Source of the DNA: Takakia lepidozioides
Taxonomy: Eukaryota; Plantae; Bryophyta
Reading direction: 5' to 3'
DNA length: 64,000 nucleotides
Assembly (NCBI GenBank): GCA_030704615.1
Contig: CM060734.1
Span: 33,046,001 to 33,110,000 of the forward strand
The position numbers and the translations under genes were made by a program. The notes beneath the pieces were generated by a model. It was given only the letters and a program-made list of their open reading frames with translations. It was not told the origin of the DNA and did not search any database. Shown here piece after piece: positions 11,760-24,869 of this stretch; the first letter of the stretch is position 1; each line of letters begins with the position of its first letter.

Positions 11760-14230
11760 TGACTTGGTGGTTCCAGGTAATTCAAGGTACTTCCCCCAAT
11801 TTGCTTTGCTGGAATGAATTTCATGAACTGCTACGTGACAATGCATGTTGGAAACGCAGGTAATGACGAATGCGAAGGAGCACGTCATAATGCATACAAA
11901 TTCGTTTGGCTTGTATGTGAAATGGGATGGAACACAGACATTGGAAGACTACGTGACACGTTTCAGATGTGCGTACAATGACAACCTCTTTGTCAGGGAA
12001 CTGCAGACAACAAGAAGGAGCGTTTACACATCAGGAGGGGGCGGGAAAAGCTGCAATGCGAATTGTGTACAGGTGAAGCCCAGCTCCCGTTGTATGCAAA
12101 AGCTGGGTTATGAGGTTTGCCTGAGAAATGCGGCACCGCATTCGCACTTTACGTTTTCAGTTGCACTCTGCGAATACATTGGTAACTTGTACTCACGCAT
12201 GCTGACTGTCTTGCAGGTATATAAAATATGTGCTTCTCAAGACAGGGGCCCTGGCTCAAGAGCCCCCGTTCTTCATGGCTTGGACCGTGGCGGGCCCAAG
12301 TTGTGTCTACACACCAGAGATGCAGAAACAATGGCATGCCGCGCATCTCATTGGATGCCCGTGGTACCTGGACACGTCTAGCGGACTTGTTGACGAATCA
12401 GAGAAAGATCTACACACGAAAGCAGAGGAGAAGATAAAGGAAAGACGTGTCCCTGCTAGGCCTGAGTCGACAAAAGACGCTGCTGCTCTGGAACAATCCA
12501 GAAAGACAGTTGAGATGGCACAAAAGACGGTGGATGCAGCTGTGCAGGCTCAACAAAAGGGGTTGAAGAAGAGGACTCGCAAGGAGCAGCAGTTGTGACA
12601 CCCAAGAAGACAAAGAAGCAGAAACAGAAATAGCAGAAAGAGGGTGACGAAAAGGACTCCGATGGAGACTTTGCAACCAGCCCACCCCCCGAAACGCAGC
12701 CGAAATCCCTTGTGCCCACCGTTGTCACAAAAGGACGAGAACATGCTTAGCAAAGAAGGCACTCCTCAACCCCCGGTGGGACACCCTTTCGAGCCGGTGG
12801 AAATGAAGAGGCCGAAAGTGGAGCCAGAAACAGTAGTTCATTGTGTCAACGAGAGTTTCTTGGCGGCTTTGGATGGACGGGCAGCCAAGTTGGCATACAT
12901 CAGGACCATGGAGGGTCTGAAGGGCAGAGCACTGAGGAAGGCGGATGCCGAAGAGCCTTCCGACACCCCTGGGTTTCTGAAGACGGTCTTATTCTTTGAG
13001 AAGGTGTGTGCAGGGAAGGATTGCAGGAGGGGCGGAAAAGCCACCAAGTGGTCTTGCGATATGATCATCTTGGATATTCCGGACGGAGAGCATGTGGAAG
13101 GACTGCAAGCTTTGCCATCTTGGAACAAGTACTCCGGAGATTTTTGGAAGAAATGATTTGGGCTCGCCCGCATGGTGTTGGACGACAGAGGCTGTGTGGT
13201 TGTCCTAGCAAGCAGAGGCAAAAACATGGAGGCAAGAATTGCGAAGTGGACCCGCAAAAGCGCCGTCCCAATTCTGAAGAAGACGTGGATATGCATCAAC
13301 ACATAGGGCCTTCGGTCGGAAGGGAAGAAGGTAATTACGACATTGGCAATCATCCTTTCATTTTGTAAGCTATTTTGAAATGCGGTGCCGCATTTGATTT
13401 CTAATCGTTCCCCACTGTGTATGCAGACGAAGCAGTTTGATGCATACTGCTTTGTGAAGGAGAACTCAACCTTTGCTTTCCGGAAGGATGGATTGTTGGT
13501 TGACCCGAACTGCGACCCCATCGATTACGACGTCCTGTTCAACAGCGTTCCCACAGAACTCCTCCCTCATAGCCTCACTTCAACGGATCCCCTGCGGTAT
13601 TCACAGACTCGGAGCAGACAATTATGGAGGCATGCACTGACCTGGAGGGCAAAGTGCTGGACCTCATCTGTGGAACAGGTATGTAGATTCTTGTACTATG
13701 TTGTTCTGTGAATTCGCATTATGTTCAAATTCGTCATATCTGAAGGGCCATGTTTTAATGAGTGGATGTCATTCTAACAGGTGCCTCAATGTGGGCTGGG
13801 CGGTTTTCCGACCGGCCCCTCTTTGCCTACGAGGAAGACACATCCGTCTGGGGATCCCATCTGGAAGGGCGTCAACGGAATGTGAAGGCTCCCATCGAAG
13901 CCAAAGATTCCTTGGATGATTCCTCGGACTCGGAGGAAGAGACAATGGACATTGATGCCGAGGAGAACCCGGAATATGAGTAAGTGCAAACATTGTAAGT
14001 TTGCAAAGCCTTCTGGGTGATTTTTTGTCACACGCATTTCCGGACCGTGGTTCTCATTGGTCTCGTGGGTGATTGTTATGTGCAGGATTCCAAGATCCGG
14101 GTCGAAACCAGTGGCGCCTACATTTCTTGCCAGGGAGAATGTCTCGTTCTTTGCGAGGACCATCTTCATGAAGAGGCCGCATTTCTGATTTGGGAAGGAC
14201 GTGGTTTGAAAGATGGTGTAGTTTAGAAGC
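11760..14230 (+). pseudogene. Element A accessory gene, C-terminal exons with amino-methyltransferase-like domain
   Basis: CPWYLD, CDMIILDIPDG (DIPDG 13073-13087), PSWNKY, KVLDLICGTG (13654-13680), WAGRFSDRPLFAYEED; GT-AG introns at the same positions as in B; several stops and frameshifts. Confidence 0.8.
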
Positions 14231-14369
14231 ACATGGAGAGGGGGATATCAACAGCGGGGAGAAATTCCTTTATATACTCTGGAAGAGATTGTAAATGTAC
14301 AGAGAGTTAATTAAAATTCTACAAATCTTGAAAATCATCGTCATTATCGTCATCCTGTCCTTGACTGTC

Positions 14370-14650
14370 CTACTCCCCTTCCACCCCCTCATTGCCTTTC
14401 TCATGTCCAGCGGACTGCTCGTTGGCCAGGCTTTCGAAAATCCCATCTTCCCCTTGTGGAACTGACCATCTCACCTCCGTTGGGTTGTCGTCCTCCCTGT
14501 CTGCATCGCTCTCTTCCGCTGAATCATATATATACTTTCGCACCCGTCTACCTGTCTCACCTGCTGCCAACTCTTTCCTTATCCTTTTGTCCCCTAGCCC
14601 TCTCCAAAACTGGGATTCTCACATCGTCTAATTGTTGTATTTGCAAGTTT
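14370..14650 (-). pseudogene. Element A accessory gene, last-exon remainder (inverted)
   Basis: RVRKYIYDSAEESD...RWSVPQGEDGIFE matches B RVGKFVIESASESE...RWTVPAGEDGIFE (29360-29467, +). Confidence 0.75.
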
Positions 14651-14679
14651 AGCTGCATAACTAGGAAAGGAGTAGTCAT

Positions 14680-14955
14680 TCACCGCCACATTTCCATGTT
14701 GGAACGGAAAAACGGAAATGTGGCAACTGCAAATACATCGGTTGGAAATGCGGCACCGCATTTCCACAACCGGGGCAAGAACAATTTTCCGTTTCCTGTT
14801 TTGGACATCAGAATCTGTTTGGCCGAACGGAAATGCGGTGCCGCATTTCCGTTTTCAACATGGAAGTTTTGCCGATTGCGGTGCCGCATTTCCATCTTGG
14901 AGATGGATGTTTGTCCAATTCCAGACCCTTCGACGGAAATGCGGCACCGCATTCC
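14680..14955. repeat. Element A distal palindrome cluster
   Basis: GAAATGCGGYRCCGCATTTC-like copies near 14715, 14745, 14830, 14874 and 14936. Confidence 0.9.
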
Positions 14956-15391
14956 ATTGTCCAATACGAAATTTCGATGACGGAACTTTTACTCATGGAT
15001 GGATTTCCTTTACCTCAGGACTCCGATATTGTTGAATCTGATATATTGACGTGGACAGACACATTGTAGAAATGAGACCAGAAATTGTAAACAGTAGGCC
15101 AATTACAGCAGTTCTTGAATACAATGAAACTCAGCACACAGAAGTGAGGGACGATGGGTTGTTTTATTGATCGAATACGGTGTGTCATATTTCGCAACTC
15201 CAAACAAATCTAAGCCTTCCGGCTTCTACATGGGCTTCTGTGCCAAGTCGACGGAACTTCGATAGCCCTCAAAACAAGCTCAATACTGACGCGGCACCTC
15301 CAGGTAAACTGCAATGCGGTCGTTCTGGTGCCCTTGGTGGAGCTGATGTCAAGTAAAGTTTACTAGTAGTGTGAAACTAGCCAATAAATAA

Positions 15392-15431
15392 CTAGTTTTA
15401 TATATGACACTTGGGCTTGATCCAAGTGTCA
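15392..15431 (-). mobile_element. Possible Helitron 3' terminus
   Basis: Minus strand reads hairpin TGACACTTGG-N7-CCAAGTGTCA, 9 nt, then CTAG followed by T. No Rep/helicase sequence seen. Confidence 0.35.
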
Positions 15432-17060
15432 ACCTAGGGATCAAGATATTTATTGGCCCCTGGGCGTGGCTTATCTTCACCGCGAACGCGCGGTGAGGCT
15501 CATCTCTCTCGAGTTGAGACTCCCCGCGTCGGCTATGGCGCGCGTAGTGCAGATTCCCCATAGCTTTTGGGGTGTGCTTGGCTTGACTTGTAATGCATGA
15601 GTGATGGTGTCTAGTTTTTATTAATCACTCGAGAGAGATGACTCATGTCTTTAGTGCAGGATGTGAATGAGAGTTTTAGCACTGTTGTTTTGTTTTTGTT
15701 TGTAGTAAACTTGTTGAAGAGATCATGGACTGAGAGAGCTGGTCCTAGTATGGAAAAGATCCAAGTCTATAGTTTGAGAGTTGGTACTCTAATGAGGGAG
15801 TAATATGTAGGTGTACATGCATGGCTCATAGCTCAGTGGCACTGGCTGAACATTAGTTTTCAAGAGGGACGATGGCTCCAACAAAGGTATGCATGGAAGG
15901 GGTTATCGCAAGGGGGCCACGGTGCAACTGGATTGAAGTGCCCGGAACCTGCTTGAAGGAGCCAATAACAAATTAATAGTTGTTGGGGTAGTCGGAGAAT
16001 AACCAACATTTGCCAGGCTGCCGAGGCCAGCTTGTGAAGGGAGGTGAAAACGGGGAGCTTGTTTATCCCTTCAAGAAAGCCGCCGGTAAAGCCAGAGCTT
16101 GACAGGCCATCAAATTAATCATTGGTGGTTAGGTGGCCGCAGGAAGGCATGCATTAATAGCAAGGCCATGGACTAGCCCATCTTGTCTTGCCCTGGGAGT
16201 GTAAAGGAGGATTAGGTGAAGATCCTCGGCAGATCAGAGCAGGGGGGAGCTCGTTGCTTTGGCTGGCTTGCAAACGAAAATGATCACCTGGCAATGTAAC
16301 TATGTAGCTTATTACTTAGCTACTATCGAACTTAATTTGATGGCATGCCGGTAGCGTGGAGGTATGATCAGTGACAGGTTTCTCATCAGTTTGCTCCAGC
16401 AGAGTATGCGGGCATGAATGTAGCAAGAGGGTGGTCTGTCAAGTGGCCGCAAGCAACGGTGACGTATGATCTTCTTGGTCTTGGAGGAACAATTGGTGGG
16501 AAAGCCACGAGCTTGGCAAATTATTTCCTGGAGCTTGACAGTAGAACAAGCTAAATCGATCTGTAAATTAAGGAATGTTGACAGGACGGACGGACTGATC
16601 AGATTGTGGTGGTGAAATGAAAAGCCAACTCGGACAAAAGCTGAACTGAACGATTGTGTATAGATTGCTGAATGTAGCAATTTCAGAGCACGGATTAACG
16701 AATGACAGTGCTTGAAGGTGTGGTGAACCTGGCTTCCCTGTGTCAGCTGAGATCGAGCATGCCCGGATCAGGCCATAAACCTAGTCAACCAAGAAGTACT
16801 TGTATGCAGGTAAGACCTTGCTGCGGTGGGGGGTTGCTATTCCATGAGCTCATGAGCGGGCATGGCTAACCCATGAGCCGCAAAGTAACACACTTCGAAT
16901 TTCGGCAGATTTTTTTCGGGCCAAAAACTATAAAATAATCAAAAATCGAAGATTTCCGCGCTCATGCTGGAAGCGCTCATGAGTACCAGTGTACGCTCAT
17001 GACTTGGAGCCCAGGCTCATGGACCGCCAGGCCAGGTCATAGAATAACTGAATTCTGGGC

Positions 17061-17517
17061 AATAACGGCACCGAAATTATCCCAGAGGCAGAGACGCAAG
17101 CGGAATTAGGATCCGGGTTTGCAGACTCCGAAAACGCAATGGCGACCTATAACCGTGGATAGTACTATTGCAGAAGTGCAGGATGGTTGGGTATAACGAC
17201 GCCGTAATTGGGCACAGGAAAAGAAATAGCGCGGCTGAAGGCTCGGGAGTGAAGCCAACAACGGTGAAAGTAATTGGGCTCTGCCAACCAAATACCCGGC
17301 TGCATCCTCCGGAGTGCAGGCGATAACGGCGCCGAAATGGGCCCCGGAAACCAAATACTCGGCTGCCACCGGAGTGCAGCCGGCCGAAATTGGGTCCGGA
17401 AACCAAATACCGCTGAAGGCTGGGGATTGCAACCAATAACGGCGCCGAAATTGACCTGCGGAAACAAAATTCTCGGCTGAAGCTTCCGCACTCCATGTAA
17501 TAACGGCGCCGAAATTG
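17061..17517. repeat. Element B left cluster of half-degenerate palindromes (ATAACGGCGCCGAAAT)
   Basis: Copies near 17062, 17193, 17323, 17436 and 17499 within degenerate ~50-65 bp repeats. Confidence 0.85.
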
Positions 17518-18640
17518 GGCGTCGGAGCGGTGAGGGAGGCCTTGCTCTCATTTTGCTCTTCACTCTTCTCTGTTGTGCCCATCTCCTCCCTGCTTTGAGT
17601 TCGTGCTGTGTCGTGAGGCCATGTCGTGCCCGAATCACATCTATCGACGCCAGACGGGAGTCATTTTCCCGAAAGCAGACGACATCATTGTCTTCCTGGA
17701 TGTTTACAGGGACGATCCTCGACTTGTCCAGCTGAGAGCAATGGAGTTTCTTCAGGATTGCACGATTCTCCTGGACCCCGGCTGGGGAGCAGTGGTTCCT
17801 ACGCATCATGGACCTGGACTTTCCGCATGTGTGGGAGCCGAACAGATCACGCACAGCGTTGCTGTATCGCTGGAATTGTTGCGAGTGGACGTATGATGAG
17901 TGCATAGGTGAAAACTTTACGCGTGGACGGACTGGCTCGGAAAGTGGGGACATTCTCTTCAGTTATGAGGATGAGGAGGAGGGGAACACAGGGCCCACTG
18001 TGAAAATGTCCTTCTACCAAGGGGGCGCTATCGATAAACACGACATCCTCGTTAGTTTCAACCGGGCGACAGAAAACCACTGACATTTTGTTCAAATATA
18101 GGCACCCGGTCACTGAGGAGGTCCTTGAGAGGCCAGTTTCGAGTTCCTTCTTCTTGGGCGAGGGGACCATAGGTCTTGCATGCTAGAGTAGACATGTTTC
18201 AACTCGCTGACACTCATGGCACATACATTTTCATTCAGAAATCAAGCAGCTTCCCTGTGCCATATGGGGAATATACATGCTTCGATAATCTTCTGTTAAG
18301 GTTTTTTGCAATTCACTGCCAGTATGCTGGGACGTGTCCTTTGTCGTATGGATTGCTGTTTGCACAAGGTGCAGTATGCAAATGCTGGAATGTGCAGTAG
18401 GACCCTTCCCACTGGGACACAGAACTAGCAATCTTGTAAAGGCATCACATTTGCAGAACAGTAACAATGTATTTGTAGCAAATTGGAGTCTTCTCATAAA
18501 GGTGGACGAAATGGAGTATATGTGACGGGGTGGGGGCAGGATGATTGTAATGTAGCCATGGCGATGTCCTCACAAAAAAATAGGGTGCAAGAAGATGAAT
18601 GTAATATAATTGCCACTTTCTCCTTCCCGAATGTGGAATG

Positions 18641-21600
18641 TCAAGCAGTCCGACCAGTATCCTGCCGTAGGGCCTTGTGCAGCTCGTTGAAACTCAGTGT
18701 TGGAGCATGGATGAAGACGTCCACTGCGGATATGCAACTCATGCGCTTCATAAAAATGTAATAAAGGTGTTTGCAGGGGACGTATGCTGCATTCTTCGAT
18801 TCCATAACAAGGAAGTCCTCACAGTTGCAAGCTGGGTACTGTGAAACCGTGATTGCATACACGACTGCGCAGCAGACCCGGCTGTTGACAACTGAAATAT
18901 GCGCCCCATCCCGGGGTGAGGAACATCCCTGCAACCTTGCACTATGCAGGGCATTGCAAGAGCGTTGGCCATCCTGGTGTCGTTCGCCTTTGTTGGTGGC
19001 CGCCGTCTTTTCAGTTTACCCCACCGATGGGTGGGCCAAGCTGCGGGGTCACCCACCGGTATGCGGGGCGAAGAGCTTCTCGTGGGAGGAGGATGACGAT
19101 TGGGAATTGGATTTCGTGGAACGTCTGTCCTCTCCACCAGTCGAAACCCTGCACTTCCTAGAGCGTCTGCCTCCTCCAGGGTAAGATCTGTACCACTTGC
19201 CACAGGCCAGACTGCCGGTGGTTCAGGCATGCCTTGTACACCATACTTGGGCTTGCCGAACACACACGACATGTCGTGCGTGCCTGCAGAACCAAAACTC
19301 CTTCAGTGTGTGGCCTCCACAAACTTTGCGCACACAAATCTCCCTGTGAAGCAAGGGGCAGGCACACCGCCCTGCGGGCTCCTCCGAATCATCTCATTGC
19401 ATCTCTGGTTGGTGTCGACACGAACAGCACAACATTTGCCACGAAATGTCGGACGGGTCCGTGCAATTCTCCACTGCGAGGCCGACACATCTCGCTCCAC
19501 GATTGGAATGTTGTATTGGGTAACGAAAACAGGAGCAATGCCCATCCTCGGCATGTTGTCCCGAGTCTGGCAGCGATTCCATGGATGCTGCAGGAGAGGG
19601 GGTACGAGTCCTGCTTCGTGGAGGCGTGGGACGCAACATCGTTGCGCCCCGAGGTTGAGTGCGGATGTTCATATCTGATCTCCATGAATCCCCATCCCCT
19701 CCGGGCATGTCCTCAATTCTTCTCTTCACGGCCGGCTGCGGACATCGCCCTCCAGGCAGTTCCCCCGACTGTGTAACGGCGTTGACCTTATTGTTTCCCG
19801 CAATGCAGCAGTCCATTTTTTGGGATCGGTCGAACGATGCGCCGCCCTCATCAGCATCTCCTGCCTGTCTGGTCCGATACCCCATTGCTTTCCTCCCAGA
19901 AACTGGTAGTAATGAGATTGTTGCATGATGGCCCTCACAATATCTTCTGTTGTTGCTGTCAACATGTCAACGAGATGTGCTGCAGAGGAAGCACGCCAGG
20001 AAGAGTGCACCGATTCGGCCATGTTCGTCGTCGGCATATATCCGTGTCATCCTCCAAGCTCATGTCCTGTTGAAGGAAATTAGATATGTCACTGATTGTG
20101 GAGAATGTCCAAGCACAAAAACAGAACAATTGTCAAGTACAGAAATGTGTTACCTGTCTCATGTAGTCTCCAAACTGGCGGAATCTATAATGCCACCACG
20201 CAAGCCACGTTTGCAGTTCTGGCTGATCTTTCACATCCACTGCCCCTGAAGACACCCACCAGGCGCGTATGGTTGCAAACTCGGTCTCCGCCTCGTCGAT
20301 GGAATTCGCATTTTTCCACGCTAGGCACATACTGATATGATCCTGCCGGTGGCGTGACGCCACGAACCTTTTCGTGTTTTGCGTCAAACTCTGCATGAAG
20401 TGGAACCCGCAAGATCTCTCCTTTCCTTCCATTGGAGTCTTTGGGGTCGTCCCCATATACCCTCCTAACTGCAGCCCCAGTTTGCCTGGGCATTGTCAGC
20501 CATGAAGCCCCTAAAATCGGGAGGGGGCAACTTGGCTCTCGCCATTTGCTCATTAATTCCGCGCCACATATGCAACTCCGAATCTGTGTCTTCTCCCTTC
20601 ATTTCGCAGATAGCAATGGTCATCAACTTTCTGCAATGTGGGTCGTATACATGTGCCCCCATTGTCACCCAATCGTGGTTGGTAATTCGCCGGATGTGGT
20701 CGAACATGACCCAACAATTTGAAAGGTCTCCACTGGTCATCCGCTTCACCAAATCGACGCCGCTCCCCGGTCCGCACGTTGACATCTTAAATATGAAGCA
20801 CCTGTCCGTCTCCGAGCCTTGACCAGGAAAGAAGCTGCCTTGGATGAAGTCGTAGCCGCATGTGCGCTTCACTTCCAAGATGGAGTGCATGTCTGATCCT
20901 CTTCCGATTCGTTTCTTGCAGCTGACAATGTGGTTCCTGACATTGGGGCTGCACACATGGGAGACAGCTTCCAGCAGGTCCTTCATGTCCCCCTCGCCCA
21001 GCTTCTCTCTTGTGCTTCCGTCCTCCGACATTTCTGCCAATTGCAATCCTATGTGCCGATGCGAGCTGTATCTGCTTTGGTTTTGCACCCGGCCTCAACC
21101 TCACCTCCTCCTTGATAATATCCTGGGCTTGTTGAAAAGCGACTCTGCAATTGCCTCTGGCGAGGGGGTGCTCATGCTTTCCGATGTGAATGCATGCTCT
21201 GGTGCACGCTGGGCCGACGGTCCCGACGTAGTACTGCTTGGCGTTGCACACTGCCATGCACGTAGGGGCTGCGTTGCAATGGGCACACTTGAACGTCCCT
21301 GCAGGAACTCTACCTTGAGGCCAAAATGGGGTCGACGAATTGCCAATCCAGTCAGTCTCATTCCTGGTGCCTTTGCTAGTGTAATGGTAACATGTGCTCG
21401 AGAAACATTTAAGATGCCCAGCACACAATACATATCTCACTCGAACTCCATCACCCAGGTTGGACGATGAAGTTTTGGTGACACACCAAGGGTGGCCGTC
21501 ATGTTTCCTGTTCATTCCTGCGAGCATGCCGTCTGGGCCTGCGCCTGCCGGCACTGGAGGGAACTCGTAGATAGCATTTCCCATCCAACATCAGGCAAAG

Positions 21601-22234
21601 TTTCCACAGAATGGATTGGAGTTTTGTCGTAATCAAGCCTAAGAAGGTCACTGGAGCGGGAACCCGTTGTCTTCATCCTCCGCAATATGTCGATTACTGA
21701 GCGGACGGAAGTTGAGTCGGACGGTGTATGCTGAACACTCCTAGTGACGGACGACTTCGAAACATACGATGGAAGGACCATACAGTCTTCATCGTCACTG
21801 GATAAGTCGTGGACGACTGTGTTTTCCTGGATTTCCCTTTTCACATGTTTGGGCTTCTCTGCTTGTGAAGAGGTGCCCACATCCTTCACATCTTGCACGC
21901 CCCCCCTCTTGTGGAAGGAGGATCAACCAAGTTCCAGCGTGGGAACTCTTTAGGCACGATTTCACCAATGGCACTGTACCGGATGGATTCAGAAGCTGGG
22001 CGGAGCCGCAACTCTTGCCTTTTCCGAAATCTGCATGCAGAATGACGGCACTTTCCAGAAATTTCCATAAGCATCCTTCGTCTCCTCTTCCAAAAACACC
22101 GTTCCAGGGCGGAGCCCGAACTTCACACACAAGTACTGCTCAGTGACAATCGCAAATCCTTGGTCGCAGGGTATTTTAGCTTTCAGAGAATCAGGATGGA
22201 AGTACACGTTGACCCAAAAAACACGGGAGTCCAT
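18641..22234 (-). pseudogene. Element B Mutator-like DDE transposase (GCM/WRKY-like N-terminal finger, C-terminal SWIM); frameshifted as given
   Basis: DGHPW..CAGHLKC..C..C..C..C..IHIGKHEHP; catalytic WVMFDH, GFMADNAQAN, CGFH (CxxH), TTNMAESVH; SWIM CNCEDF..PCKHLY; probable intron at ~20070-20160. Confidence 0.88.
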
Positions 22235-22420
22235 TTTGAAGACGGGACCTCTCGGTACGCTCCGCAGCGAAGTCCTGCAATGAGAAGAGTGTGTCCTACC
22301 TAATAACACAAATGATTTTCTGGAGGATTCCGTATCCAACAGGATGGGTGATCAGTGCACGTAAAGATGAAGGTGTATAACGTACGTTAAAAAAACGGAC
22401 GAAAACAGCAAGTTCACATC

Positions 22421-24024
22421 GGATTTGGTGCCTGAATTGTAATGTACAACCACTTGGGTACAATAAATCAGGCCTTCCCATGAATTTCGGCACCGAAATC
22501 TGGATGAACATCTCTGTCATGTAACAGCTTTGGAAGCCAGGGATGAATTCTGGCAACAGAAATCGTAATTTGTTTACCTCATTAAACTGACCAAGCACCC
22601 AACGGATGGATTTCGGTGCCGAAATTCGGATGAACTTCTTCTTCATTAAATTGTATCTGCACAATATGGGTTGAATTTAATGCCAAAATACGGATGAATG
22701 TGTTCCTGATTACAGTCGTGATTGACCACGTGTCCGGATATCGGTGCCGACTTCCGAATGACAGTAATCCTGAATCGGCAGAATGGATGTATTTCGGCGC
22801 CGAAATTCATTCTTCATCTCCTTTTCCGACCCTAATTCTGCTGCCCTGCGATGGATTTCGGTGCCAGAATTCATCGGAAGTCCTTTCTGTTTTTATTTTT
22901 CTTTGCGACAGATGAACTTTGGCGCCGAATCTCATCCAAGTACTCCCTTTTAATTTTCCTTTTTTTTCGCGAGCAATGAATTTCGGCGCCGAAATTCAAC
23001 CGAAATCCTCCCGATTTTTTTCTTCGCGAGCATTGAATTCGGCGCCGAAATTTTTTTTTATTTTCCTTCGCGAGCAATGAATCGGCGCCGAAATTCATCC
23101 GAAGTCCCCCGAATTTTTTATTTTCCTTAATGAATTTCGGCGCCGAAATTCATCCGAAGTCCTCCCGAATTTTTTTTTTCGCGAGCAATGAATTTCGGCG
23201 CCGAAATTCAGCCAACTTCATCCCTCCAAATTTTTCAGGGTTTGAGCGCGGATTCGGCGCCGAAATTCATCCAATGCCCCCTCCCCAATATTTATTTTTC
23301 TTTGAAATGGATCAATTTCGGCGCCGAAATTCATCCTTACTGTCCGCAATGAGTAACTCTAATATTACATTTCTATGCGACGGATGAATTTCGGCGCCGA
23401 AATTCGTCCAAAACCCGGCACTTACTTTTGCTTTTGGATGATAATTTTCCGTAAATCGTTGGAAATACCCCGTTCCGACGAATATAACAGGAATATTCTG
23501 CATTTAATGGAGAAATCGGCATATTAAACCACTTCTGTCAAAATTAATTGCATTTTAGCCGTTTTTTTTATTTGAAACCGACAGTATCCATTAAGTGGTC
23601 TTTTTCGCACGGGACGTTGCCGCACATAAAGTATAATTTCGGCGCCGAAATTATAGTTAAATGTCCACAAATGGCAAGTCCAACAGGCATGGACAGCATC
23701 CGTCAGGGGCAATGATGGCGGCAAAGCGTAGCATGGTGCCAATTTAGTCTTCGCTCTGGATGAATTTCGGCGCCGAAATAATGATGATTTCACCTCGTCT
23801 ACGCGCGGACGGAGATATTCGTAATGAATTTCGGCGCCGAAATATGGATGAAATGTGCCAAGTGCAACCGTTTCACTGTCCCGGAATTAATTCCGGCTCC
23901 GATATCCCACTGACAGGTTTGCTCATGACGGATGAGGACTTCGGAAGCGATGAATTGCGGCGCCGAAATTCGTAAGTTTGCGTATGAAAGCACTTGAATA
24001 GGATGAATTTCGGCGCCAAAATTC
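22421..24024. repeat. Element B central palindrome array (GAATTTCGGCGCCGAAATTC) between the two divergent genes
   Basis: More than 20 copies, e.g. 22482, 22545, 22608, 22736, 22789, 22853, 22914, 22978, 23132, 23190, 23386, 23762, 23826, 23952, 24005; spacing mostly 53-65 bp; often flanked by GGAT/ATCC. Confidence 0.95.
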
Positions 24025-24869
24025 ATCCGTCCGCTGTTGAAACGTACCGACCTGACTGTTGAATGTCATAGGCAGGGGATTTTCTTGGCGGTTGGGTTTC
24101 ATGATGTGCGGATATTTCATTCAATGCCGGCTGCTCCGGGAACGCATCCGGTGTACGGAAGGTATTTCGGTGCGCAATTCGGATAAACCGTCTTGTACTG
24201 GTGGCTGGAACTGGCACGCGTCGTGTTCCAGTCGACTTCATCCGTGCGAACATGTCAGGGGTCACAATCTCTTCATCACCCATACGGCAAAAAAATGTTG
24301 GACGGTGGCAACGCTTCGGGAGACGTGGCTGCTTACGCATCTGCTCGTGCATAGTGGTTGCATGTTCCACCGCTTCGCTCTCTCGCTCCTTGCCCTTCTG
24401 CAGTGACGTTCTCCTGCGTTTCCTCTCCTTATGCGGCATAGTGGTAGCATAGAGTTTGTGGAAGGTCAGGCGACTCCGGCAAAGAGGAGGACGCGGGATT
24501 TTGGGAAGCCGCCGACGACACGACTTAAGCTCCGTCTCATGCATGAAATGCAGACTCGTTATCCGGAGACTCGGATCGCCCACCAGTGAGAGATTCGTGC
24601 TTCGCGGATGTGAAGCACTCCATACGCAATATTCCTTTTACACTTTTTTTTGGCGTGCAGTGTCTCATGTTTTCCTGTTTGTTGACATGGGAGCTGGGGA
24701 GGGATCGCAGGGGGCGAGGCAACACAGTCAACTTTGGATACTCCTGCCCGGGTGCTGCGCTCACAAGGTGGAAGTGCATCGAGGCAGACGAGTCCTCATT
24801 CAACACCTCAGATATCGCCTCCGAAAAGCCCACCTAGAGTTCGGAAGCCGAGAAAGCAGAAGGAGCCCA

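Larger units (their letters stand above)
2484..14960. mobile_element. Element A: rearranged Mutator-like transposon with ParB-MTase accessory gene; right end not found
   Basis: Left TIR GAGGGTTACTATTTCATGAGC; CATGAGC subterminal repeats; SWIM-transposase 3' remnant; ParB and MTase exons homologous to element B; more than 20 copies of the A palindrome; interrupted by Gypsy sequence and inversions. Confidence 0.75.
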
